Positions 28,025 to 36,373 of a stretch of 64,000 bases of DNA are shown here, piece after piece (within the stretch, counting starts at the first letter, position 1; each line of letters opens with the position of its first letter). The stretch comes from a virus (lineage: Duplodnaviria > Caudoviricetes): IMG/VR virus record IMGVR_UViG_2876118799_000002, positions 4,755 to 68,754 of that record. One strand, given 5' to 3'. The position numbers and the translations under genes are program-made. Below the pieces are notes generated by a model that saw only the letters and a list, made by a program, of their open reading frames with translations, had not been told where the DNA came from and did no database searches.

Positions 28025-29321
28025 GGTATTAATGTGTGGGATAGATATATTGCTTTGCCTTTGGGCAGTATATTTATTCTTTTTTTATTTCGATATATTT
28101 TTTGCTCGTAAGAGAAAAAGGTATTTGTCGGTGATCGGTATAACGCTGTTCGTGATTTGGCAATTTGGAATAACAACGATTATTAGTTTTCCTGCCTACA
28201 TCAATATTGCTGTGACGATTATGTTTACGTTTTTGGCAGTTATGATGACTTATGAAGGTAGATGGTGGAACAAAGGTGTATTTGTAATTACCTTTAATGC
28301 GATTTGGATGTTGATGGAAACCCTGTGCAACTATATTTTGCTAACATACTGCCCTCAATATGCTGCAGTTCGCCAAGTAGGCTCTTTCGTTTCAAAAATA
28401 TTTTTTAATGCAGTAATTCTTGCATTAAAGAAAGTGTTCACAGATGATGATATTAAGGAATTGCCGGTCAGATACAGTATTTTACTTGTGTTGATCCCAA
28501 CAGGAAGCATTTATATCATGAACAATATATTTATGCTTGGATTTGCAAATAATAATGGACGTACTCGTATAAACTCTACATTTACTGTACTTATTTTACT
28601 TGGTATGAACATATTGATATTTTATGTCTATATGAAGTTGGCTGATGATTTGCGGTTAAGGAGAATGGCAGCAGTATATGAACAGCAACTGGAATTATGC
28701 GAACGTCATCAGCAAGAAAGAGAACTTTCAATGTTGCAGTTGCGGGATATAAAACACAATATGAAGAATAATCTTATTTCCATTCTTGCTTATGCAGAAA
28801 ATAAAGAATATGAAAAAATGACAGGTTTTATTGAAGAAATTATGGGAGAGGGCGGTATGGTGATTGCCTCAATATCGAATAGTGGGAATATTGTGATTGA
28901 TTCACTTATTGGATATTGGTATGTAACTGCCCAAAACAAAAGAATAATTTTTAAAACGGATATTTGTATTCCGATGATAATGCCTTTTAAAGGAGCTGAT
29001 CTGAGTCTGATATTGGGAAATTTACTGGAAAATGCAGTGGAAGCAGCAGAGAAGGTTGAAGAAAATAGATATATAAATGTCAAAATGAAATTTGATAAAA
29101 ATAATCTATTATTGTTCGTAGACAATAGTTATAAAGGGAAGCTGTTAAAAACAAGAGATAACCGCTTGAAATCTACAAAGTCAGATGCAGAAAATCATGG
29201 AGTAGGTTTAGCCTCTGTGTATCGGGCAGTAGCAAAATATCATGGATCAGTGGTAATAGAGGATTCAGAACCAGGAAAATTTAAAATTCGGATAGTCTTA
29301 TATAGTAATGTGCAGGAATAA
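28011..29321 (+). CDS. GHKL sensor kinase (AgrC-like)
   Basis: Multi-TM N-terminus, RDIKHNMKN, GNLLENAVEA, HGVGL; ggagg RBS before ATG 28011. Confidence 0.9.
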   Translation: MWTNRVLMCGIDILLCLWAVYLFFFYFDIFFARKRKRYLSVIGITLFVIWQFGITTIISFPAYINIAVTIMFTFLAVMMTYEGRWWNKGVFVITFNAIWMLMETLCNYILLTYCPQYAAVRQVGSFVSKIFFNAVILALKKVFTDDDIKELPVRYSILLVLIPTGSIYIMNNIFMLGFANNNGRTRINSTFTVLILLGMNILIFYVYMKLADDLRLRRMAAVYEQQLELCERHQQERELSMLQLRDIKHNMKNNLISILAYAENKEYEKMTGFIEEIMGEGGMVIASISNSGNIVIDSLIGYWYVTAQNKRIIFKTDICIPMIMPFKGADLSLILGNLLENAVEAAEKVEENRYINVKMKFDKNNLLLFVDNSYKGKLLKTRDNRLKSTKSDAENHGVGLASVYRAVAKYHGSVVIEDSEPGKFKIRIVLYSNVQE

Positions 29322-29381
29322 TTACATGAACACTCGAAATAATTACATAAAAAATAATGAGAAAGGAAAGAATGGTAAAAT
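29321..29381 (+). promoter_or_regulatory. LytTR-type box and extended -10 upstream of the pseudo-receiver gene
   Basis: TTACA at 29322 and 29343, central TCG; TGgTAAAAT with hexamer at 29376 (28 nt after the box). Confidence 0.75.
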
Positions 29382-29419
29382 GGAAAGATAAATTTGGTAT
29401 GCGGTATGGGGACTGATAT

Positions 29420-29833
29420 ATGGATAGCGTGAAAATATTGCTGTTTAGTGATGATGAGAAACTGTATAACAGTACTGAAAGGATTATTGGGAAAAAACAC
29501 CAATTAAAATGGTGTACTTATCAACAGTTGGAAAACAATAGATATCCAACGGCAGATGTTGTGATTTTCCATTTTACTAAAGAGATAATAGAGAGGGAAA
29601 GGGCATTTGCGGCTATTATAAAAATAAAAGGGAGTTTGGGGCATTTAACGCCTATTCTTGCTATTAGCGAAGGGGGATCAATACAGGATATTTTTTCTAT
29701 ACTGAAAGCAGGAGCTTACGATTATATAGAAACAATAGATAACACACGAAAATATAAGAAAAAGATAGAGAACCTGATTTTATGGAATTGGTATATAAAA
29801 AAACATACATCAGCAAAAAAGAGGCAATGTTGA
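29420..29833 (+). CDS. Stand-alone atypical receiver-domain protein
   Basis: KILLFSDDE, DVVIFH (His where the phospho-Asp is expected), TPILAIS, KAGAYDYI; no output domain. Confidence 0.65.
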   Translation: MDSVKILLFSDDEKLYNSTERIIGKKHQLKWCTYQQLENNRYPTADVVIFHFTKEIIERERAFAAIIKIKGSLGHLTPILAISEGGSIQDIFSILKAGAYDYIETIDNTRKYKKKIENLILWNWYIKKHTSAKKRQC

Positions 29834-29882
29834 GAAAGAACCGGAGAAACATTGCTTCTTTTTTGCTGCCTTTTTGGGAAAA

Positions 29883-29943
29883 ATTACATCAATACTCGGT
29901 TTTTTTACAAGAGAACCGAATGGGAGATTTTTTGTAGTAATGT
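29883..29943 (+). promoter_or_regulatory. LytTR-type box upstream of agrD-agrB
   Basis: TTACA at 29884 and 29905, central TCG; weak TAnnnT hexamer at 29938. Confidence 0.7.
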
Positions 29944-29974
29944 ATTGGTAAACAAATGAAAGGAGATTTTAATT

Positions 29975-30124
29975 ATGAAATCTAAAAATTTAAAAAATCA
30001 GCCAGCAAAAGTATTAGCAAATTTATCTCTGAAACTTGGTAAAATGTCAGCGGACAGTGCTTGCTGTTATATTTATCATCAGCCAAAGATGCCAGAAGCA
30101 TTGAAAAAAATGAAGAAACTTTAA
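29975..30124 (+). CDS. agrD: Cyclic (thio)lactone autoinducer precursor, 49 aa: MKSKNLKNQPAKVLANLSLKLGKMSADSACCYIYHQPKMPEALKKMKKL
   Basis: Translated by hand; aaaggag RBS; clostridial AgrD pattern SAC-x4-HQP-x-xP; directly upstream of agrB; not in the ORF track. Confidence 0.9.
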   Translation: MKSKNLKNQPAKVLANLSLKLGKMSADSACCYIYHQPKMPEALKKMKKL

Positions 30125-30128
30125 TTTC

Positions 30129-30710
30129 ATGGGAAGATTATCGGAAAAAATAACAAGATACGTTATTGATGCCGGTGCAGTTTCAGAGGAATTGTATGCA
30201 GTATATCAATATGGATTTCAGATTGGATTAGAGATGTTAATTTGCCTATTCGTCTGTATGAGTATAGCGATATACTTGCATACAATCCCAGAATTCCTTG
30301 TGTCTACAGGTGTTTTTATGTTTTTAAGAACCTATGCTGGTGGTGTACATCTGAATAGCTTTAAGGCTTGTTTTATATGCTCTGTTACTGTTCAAGTTAT
30401 GATTTTGCAAATTAATAACAAATATCCATTAGAGCTGTTTGTGGCTTGGGGGATTATTTTGGTCAGTTCCATTTGTATATGGAAACTTTCTCCTGTAGAA
30501 AACATTAACCATGAGTTGAAAAAAGAAGAAAAGGAACATTGCCGAAAAGTAACAGGTAAAATACTAGGAGCTATTTTCATTGCTGCTGGCTGTTGTACAG
30601 CTTTAGGTATGAAAAAATATTTATCCTTGATTGCGTTGACAGCGTTGACCGTTTTTATATCACAATGTATCGGCATCATAAAGTATAAAGTTGAAAAAGA
30701 GAAAAATTAG
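30129..30710 (+). CDS. agrB: Accessory gene regulator B peptidase
   Basis: YQYG, LRTYAGGVH (catalytic His), C-x-x-x-S, SPVE motif. Confidence 0.9.
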   Translation: MGRLSEKITRYVIDAGAVSEELYAVYQYGFQIGLEMLICLFVCMSIAIYLHTIPEFLVSTGVFMFLRTYAGGVHLNSFKACFICSVTVQVMILQINNKYPLELFVAWGIILVSSICIWKLSPVENINHELKKEEKEHCRKVTGKILGAIFIAAGCCTALGMKKYLSLIALTALTVFISQCIGIIKYKVEKEKN

Positions 30711-30933
30711 CGGGAATGATAAAATATTATTGTTTCCGCGTTTTTTATTTAAAATGGTAAAACTGTACAGAAATATAGAAAAGACTGTTGTGGGAGGAAA
30801 AGATGCAGAATATTTTTTCGGAATACAAAGATACCATAATTGTTGTTGACCTCATGAATCATCAAACAACTGATTTACTTGCCTGTCTCTGAATTAACCT
30901 GTATACTGCCATCAGCATACAAAAGGAAAGCGT

Positions 30934-31176
30934 GTGAAGAAACAGTTAGTCATCCGTCAACGCATCGATATGCACTGTACAGGATGTAAGCAAGAGATAT
31001 TTACAACCAAGGCATTGGATGAGATCCATAAGGCATCTGCAGGAATCCCACGGATGATCAACCGTGTCTGTGAAAAAGCTTTGATGTATGCGTTTCAAAA
31101 TCAGAAACGATTGATCGATGATTATATGATCAAGTTCGTTGTGGAACACGAGATGCTTAGGATGGTAACTTCATAA
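30934..31176 (+). pseudogene. 3' remnant of an ExeA/AAA ATPase from a transposable element
   Basis: QRID...FT.KALDEIHKASAGIPRMINRVC matches the C-terminus of such ATPases; no Walker motifs; followed by hairpin at about 31180-31210. Confidence 0.6.
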
Positions 31177-31361
31177 AGCAGGTACCGCCTGGAAACAGGC
31201 GGTATTGCCTAACTGACTGGTGACAGAAAGTTAACCAAACGAGCGTCAACTGATGTGAGCAATCTTGTGACATCTCATGAAATCACTAACACATAATATT
31301 GAGAAAAGAAAGGGAAAACTTTAGCTTGCTTTTATACCTTTTAGCTTAAAAATCAATTTTA

Positions 31362-31510
31362 GAAGGATGCCGCGGCTGACAGTCAGCATAAAATTGCTTT
31401 GAAAGATAATGGACATGGGATAACAAGATAGAGAAAAAATTATAGAGGAAATTAAGATAGATGTTGACTTGTACAAAAAACATCTGGTAAGTAATAGAGC
31501 TTTATATAAC
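31362..31510 (+). pseudogene. Decayed copy of the 41896-42115 leader and nuclease start
   Basis: gaaggatgccgcggctgacagtcagcataaaa vs gaaggatgtcgcggctgacagccagcataaaa; QDREKIIEEIKIDVDLYKKHLV vs QDREKIVQEIKVAADLYRKHLV. Confidence 0.75.
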
Positions 31511-31582
31511 GATATCAAGAATTCTTAATAGGATTATAATTAAATAGCACGAAAAGGCAGAAGTGTTTGTATATATAAAAGT

Positions 31583-31600
31583 TCTTATGAAAATCTTAAT
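31583..31600 (+). promoter_or_regulatory. OmpR-type direct repeat upstream of the VanR-like regulator
   Basis: tcttatg-N4-tcttaat (11-bp period); a similar pair lies at 33988. Confidence 0.5.
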
Positions 31601-31678
31601 AGTTTTTAATGAAAATCATAATGAATAAATAAAGGAAATTTGTTATAATTCAAATTATGGAAAGAGGGTGATGATGGT

Positions 31679-32374
31679 ATGTGCGAAAAAATATTAGTTA
31701 TAGATGATGAGAAGGATATAGCAAATTTACTGGAAGTTTATTTGCAAAATGAAAATTACATTGTTTATAAATATTACTGTGCTAAAGATGCAATACCTTG
31801 TATTGAAAAGGGCGATATAGATCTTGCTATTCTTGATATTATGCTCCCGGATATAAATGGTTTTTCCTTATGTCAGCGTATTCGTGAAAAATATACTTAC
31901 CCCATTATTATGCTAACTGCCAAAATTGAGGAAACAGATAAAATTACTGGACTTACATTAGGTGCCGATGATTATGTGACAAAGCCATTTCGTCCTTTGG
32001 AAGTGGTTGCCAGAGTAAAAGCCCAGCTACGACGCTACAAAAAATATTCATCCGTTACAAGTGAAGAAGGAATAAAGCCAGAACTTTCATACAATAAATT
32101 ACGATTGAACGTGCAGACACATGAATGTCTATTGGATGGTGAGAATGTGTCGCTGACTCCGACCGAGTTTTCAATTCTTAATGTTTTGTTGGAAAATGCC
32201 GGGACGGTTGTAAGCATTGAATATTTATTTCATGCAGTATGGAAAGAGGAATATTATTCAAAAAATAGCAGCACTATCACAGTGCATATCCGACATTTGC
32301 GTGAAAAATTAAAAGATACTTCTGATACCCCGAAATATATCAAAACAATTTGGGGAGTAGGTTATAAAATCTGA
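31679..32374 (+). CDS. OmpR-family response regulator (VanR-like)
   Basis: ILVIDDE, ILDIMLP, GADDYVTKPF, TVHIRHLREK, KTIWGVGYK. Confidence 0.95.
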   Translation: MCEKILVIDDEKDIANLLEVYLQNENYIVYKYYCAKDAIPCIEKGDIDLAILDIMLPDINGFSLCQRIREKYTYPIIMLTAKIEETDKITGLTLGADDYVTKPFRPLEVVARVKAQLRRYKKYSSVTSEEGIKPELSYNKLRLNVQTHECLLDGENVSLTPTEFSILNVLLENAGTVVSIEYLFHAVWKEEYYSKNSSTITVHIRHLREKLKDTSDTPKYIKTIWGVGYKI

Positions 32375-32385
32375 AAGGAGAACCC

Positions 32386-32892
32386 ATGAAAAGAAAGCGA
32401 AAATTTGGGGTGTCAGTTCTTTTTTTGATTTATCTGGCACTTTTGGTTTGGATAATATTATTTAAGCTGCAATTCAATATCAATGATTTAGACACTGTAA
32501 GAAAGATAAATATTATTCCATTTTATTACGATAAAGAGATTGGAGTAGATTTTCACATAAAAGAAGTTCTTGAAAATTTATTGATTTTTGTCCCAATGGG
32601 CATATATCTGCAAATGCTTTTGTTTAAGAGCAAATCCTATTTGAAATTATTGATAATTGCTGGAATAAGTCTATTGCTGGAAATTACACAGTATATACTT
32701 GCTATTGGTAGTTCTGATATTACCGACCTGATTACTAACACAGCAGGCGGTCTTTTGGGTATTGCTTTATATTCTATTGTGGCTCGATTGCTAAAAAGTC
32801 GAGAAAAAGCAGATAAATTATTTTTGGTTATTGCTGTAATTGTGAGCACCTTCATAATCGGTCTGTTGGCACTTCTTTTATTTTTAAATTGA
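32386..32892 (+). CDS. VanZ-family membrane protein
   Basis: INIIPF, ENLLIFVPMG, EITQY, DITDLITNTAGG. Confidence 0.85.
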   Translation: MKRKRKFGVSVLFLIYLALLVWIILFKLQFNINDLDTVRKINIIPFYYDKEIGVDFHIKEVLENLLIFVPMGIYLQMLLFKSKSYLKLLIIAGISLLLEITQYILAIGSSDITDLITNTAGGLLGIALYSIVARLLKSREKADKLFLVIAVIVSTFIIGLLALLLFLN

Positions 32893-32906
32893 TTGGAGGC
32901 GTGCTT

Positions 32907-33971
32907 ATGAAAAAAAAGCAACTTACTACGGAAAAGCGGCTTGGAGTACAATTATATTTAGTACTATTTTTATATACTGTAACTGGTATAGGACTGGAAA
33001 TTTTGGCACAATTCATTTTTCCGAAATTCGATAGCAAAATTTTATCATGGCTATACTGGCGTATAGATATGATTTTTATTTTCTATCTAATCATTGGTTT
33101 TGTATGTATATTTAATTACTTCTGGAAAAAACCATGGGGATATTTGGATGAAGTTATTTCCGCAACACAGACAGTTTATGAGCAGAATGATCATCCTGTA
33201 GCATTGTCTGATCCCCTTAAAGAATTAGAGGAACAACTTAACCAGATTAAACGGTCTGTGTTGTTAAGCAAACAGGTAGCAAAAGAAGCTGAGGATAGGA
33301 AAAATGAAATTGTTATGTATCTGGCCCACGATATACGCACTCCCCTAACAACAGTGATTGGATATTTAAGTTTACTCCACGAAGCACCGGATATGCCTGA
33401 AAAACAGAAAGAAAAATATGTTCAAATTGCATTAAGTAAGGCTGAACGACTTGAAAAGCTTATCAATGAATTGTTTGAAATTACAAAATATAATGCACAC
33501 ACTGTCTCGTTAAAGAAAGAAAAGGTAGACTTACAGTGTTTGTTGGCACAGGTAGTTGATGAAATATATCCCTCTTTATCTGCAAAAGGCAATTCGGCTG
33601 CTTTTACGGTTGATGATGATTTAGTTGTATATGCTGATCCGGAAAAGCTGGCAAGGGTTTTTAGTAATCTTTTGAAAAATGCAGCGGCATACAGCTATCC
33701 TAATACAGAGATTATTATAACTGCAAAGCGTTGTGGTAATAGCGTTCAAATAAACTTTGAAAATCATGGACGGACTATTGAACCTGAACAAATTTCTGGC
33801 ATATTTGAAAAATTCAATCGCTTGGATGAAGCCCGCCTTTCTGATACAGGCGGTGCAGGATTAGGACTGTCGATTGCAGAGGAAATTATACGATTACATG
33901 GTGGAACCATTACTGCGTTTAGCGAAAATGAGATGGTGTCTTTTGTGATTATGCTTCCCATTTCTGATTAG
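32907..33971 (+). CDS. Sensor histidine kinase (VanS-like, short sensor)
   Basis: Two TM, AHDIRTPL, NLLKNA, GAGLGL; ggagg RBS before ATG 32907. Confidence 0.9.
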   Translation: MKKKQLTTEKRLGVQLYLVLFLYTVTGIGLEILAQFIFPKFDSKILSWLYWRIDMIFIFYLIIGFVCIFNYFWKKPWGYLDEVISATQTVYEQNDHPVALSDPLKELEEQLNQIKRSVLLSKQVAKEAEDRKNEIVMYLAHDIRTPLTTVIGYLSLLHEAPDMPEKQKEKYVQIALSKAERLEKLINELFEITKYNAHTVSLKKEKVDLQCLLAQVVDEIYPSLSAKGNSAAFTVDDDLVVYADPEKLARVFSNLLKNAAAYSYPNTEIIITAKRCGNSVQINFENHGRTIEPEQISGIFEKFNRLDEARLSDTGGAGLGLSIAEEIIRLHGGTITAFSENEMVSFVIMLPISD

Positions 33972-33987
33972 GCATTTAGAAGTAAAA

Positions 33988-34005
33988 TCTTAGGAATTTC
34001 TTAGG
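33988..34005 (+). promoter_or_regulatory. OmpR-type direct repeat upstream of the ABC-2 operon
   Basis: tcttagg-N4-tcttagg. Confidence 0.6.
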
Positions 34006-34102
34006 AGATTTTGTTCCATATCTTTGAGATTAAACTGTTTTTGTTCGGTACAATAGTTACTGAACAAGGACAGTTTTTTGTTTAAGAGAAAGGAGTACAC
34101 CT

Positions 34103-34990
34103 ATGGAATTAAAGATTGAACACATCAGCAAACAGTTCAAAGATAAAACTGCAGTCGATGATGTCAGCCTTACATTAACAACTGGCGTATGGGGATTATT
34201 GGGGGCAAATGGGGCTGGAAAAACCACTCTCATGCGAATACTTGCAGACATTATGACACCTAGTAGTGGTCGTATATCTTTGGATGGGAAAGACATTCAT
34301 AAAATGGGAGCAGATTATCGCAATATCTTTGGCTTTTTGCCACAAGATTTTGGCTATTCCCGCGATTTTACGGTCAAAGACTATCTGGAATATGTTGCTG
34401 CACTAAAGGATGTGCCGCTCAGAGAAACCACAAAGAAAATCAACTATCTGTTGGATATTCTTACCCTTTCTGATGTGAAGCGAAAAAAAATTGCACAACT
34501 ATCTGGTGGTATGAAACGTCGTGTAGGAATTGCACAGGCCATGCTGAATGACCCTAAAATTCTTGTTATGGATGAGCCAACAGCAGGACTTGACCCTGGA
34601 GAAAGAGTACGGTTTAGAAACTTCATTTCGGAATTTTCCCATGACCGTATTGTGTTGATTTCTACGCATATTGTTTCTGATATTGAATATATTGCAACTC
34701 GTAATGCGATTATGAAAGCTGGAAAGATTATTGATGTGGGAACAACAAGCGATTTGGTAAAACAGATTGAGGGGAAAGTATGGAGCTGTGCGATTCCTGC
34801 TCATAAGATGATGGACTATGAAATGCGTCTGAGGATTATCAATCAGCGAGGCGAGGACAATAATCAAATATCTATTCGTTATCTTGCAGAGCACTCCGAA
34901 GTAGAGGGTTCCATTCTTGCGGAGCCGCGTTTGGAAGATTTGTATTTATGGTTGTTTCCACAAGAAGATGTCGAAAGGGAGGAAAAATAA
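34103..34990 (+). CDS. ABC ATP-binding protein
   Basis: GANGAGKTT, LSGGMKRR, MDEPTAGLDP, STH. Confidence 0.95.
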   Translation: MELKIEHISKQFKDKTAVDDVSLTLTTGVWGLLGANGAGKTTLMRILADIMTPSSGRISLDGKDIHKMGADYRNIFGFLPQDFGYSRDFTVKDYLEYVAALKDVPLRETTKKINYLLDILTLSDVKRKKIAQLSGGMKRRVGIAQAMLNDPKILVMDEPTAGLDPGERVRFRNFISEFSHDRIVLISTHIVSDIEYIATRNAIMKAGKIIDVGTTSDLVKQIEGKVWSCAIPAHKMMDYEMRLRIINQRGEDNNQISIRYLAEHSEVEGSILAEPRLEDLYLWLFPQEDVEREEK

Positions 34991-34991
34991 T

Positions 34992-36230
34992 ATGCGTTTA
35001 TTTTGTTTAGAAGTAAAGCGTGTCCTGAAATCACGACGCACACTTATCTTAATTGCTGTGGCTCTGGTTATGTCTGTTGTTATGGCATATCTGCCGATTG
35101 CTTTTGAGTCCATAAATCGTCCAAACCCAGATGGAACAAAAACAGAACTTGATGGTATGGAGGCAATCGAATTTAAGCGTGATTTATATTCTGCTATAAA
35201 TGGCGAAGTTACTCCAGAAAAAGTGAGTGAGGCTTTGAGAATTTATCAAAGTTTGATAAACGAATATGGTCCTATGGAAAGTGACACATTTCCGCTTTCT
35301 GTCAGTATTAAACAGATTGTACCTATTCGTCCATTGCTTAAAGCGTTGCCAGAACTATATGCTGATCCGTTAACTGGAATAGGACCTGATCTTATGGATA
35401 TTGATCCAGAAGATGTTGCACAAAATTATTATCAGAAATGTGAAACTCATCTGGCAGATGTTATGAGGAATGAGCAACGCAATCATCCGGCCGCACAACA
35501 ACAAGCCTTAGAACAATATAAAAAAGTCGATATGCCATTTCAACTTTATGCAGGATATTCCAAAGACGCGTTTGACTATGTTGAGCTTTATATTATGATT
35601 TTGGCAATTTTATGTGTTTCCATTATCACGCCTATTTTTTCTGGTGAATATCAATCAGGCGCGGATAGTATTTTGCGTTGTGCAAAGCATGGTCGTACCA
35701 GATTAGCTATTACAAAGATATTGGCTTCCAGTATGATTGTGATGGTTGTGTATACTATGTGTATTACACTGCACTTAGCAATTTCAGATATCACATTTGG
35801 AACAAATTGTTTACAATCTTCTGTTCAAATGTTGTTTTCTATTATTAACTTGCCAAACTGGGACTTAGCACAGATGCAGATTGTTATTTCGTTAGTAGGG
35901 TTGATATCTGTTTTAGCTTGTGTTTACTGTACTTTTTTTTTATCAGCAAAATGCAAAGATACATTGACGGTATTGTTGATTGCTATTGGCATAGTCCTTA
36001 TTCCGACTTTTGCTTACACAGCATTAGGGGTAAATTGGATTTCAGCTATTTTTCCATCTGCGGGACTTGGTATGCAAAATAATTTTCTGTATCAACTTAT
36101 CAATTTTAATTACCTACATATTGGGGGAATGAGTTTTTGGACACCGTATACTATATTAATTTCCGCATTGATTGAGATTCCTGTTTTCTTATTTCTTACA
36201 GTTCGAACTTATTGTAGGCACCAGATGTAA
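34992..36230 (+). CDS. ABC-2 type permease
   Basis: EVKRVLK N-terminus, FSGEYQSG..ILRC.KHGR motif, multi-TM; ggagga RBS before ATG 34992. Confidence 0.8.
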   Translation: MRLFCLEVKRVLKSRRTLILIAVALVMSVVMAYLPIAFESINRPNPDGTKTELDGMEAIEFKRDLYSAINGEVTPEKVSEALRIYQSLINEYGPMESDTFPLSVSIKQIVPIRPLLKALPELYADPLTGIGPDLMDIDPEDVAQNYYQKCETHLADVMRNEQRNHPAAQQQALEQYKKVDMPFQLYAGYSKDAFDYVELYIMILAILCVSIITPIFSGEYQSGADSILRCAKHGRTRLAITKILASSMIVMVVYTMCITLHLAISDITFGTNCLQSSVQMLFSIINLPNWDLAQMQIVISLVGLISVLACVYCTFFLSAKCKDTLTVLLIAIGIVLIPTFAYTALGVNWISAIFPSAGLGMQNNFLYQLINFNYLHIGGMSFWTPYTILISALIEIPVFLFLTVRTYCRHQM

Positions 36231-36272
36231 ATATAAGGAAAAAGGGCTATATTCATAAAGTATAGAGGATTT

Positions 36273-36333
36273 ATTACATCAAGTATCGAAATTGTTACAT
36301 CAAAATATATTTTGGGGGATTTATTGATATAAT
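36273..36333 (+). promoter_or_regulatory. LytTR-type box and extended -10 upstream of the third rSAM gene
   Basis: TTACA at 36274 and 36295, central TCG; TGaTATAAT with hexamer at 36328 (28 nt after the box). Confidence 0.8.
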
Positions 36334-36373
36334 CGGTTCATAATAAAAAATCCAAATGAAAGGAGTGTTTAGA

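Noticed and set aside
31679-33971. Vancomycin-resistance operon
   Set aside because: Only regulator, VanZ-family and kinase genes; no vanH/vanA/vanX/vanY homologs.
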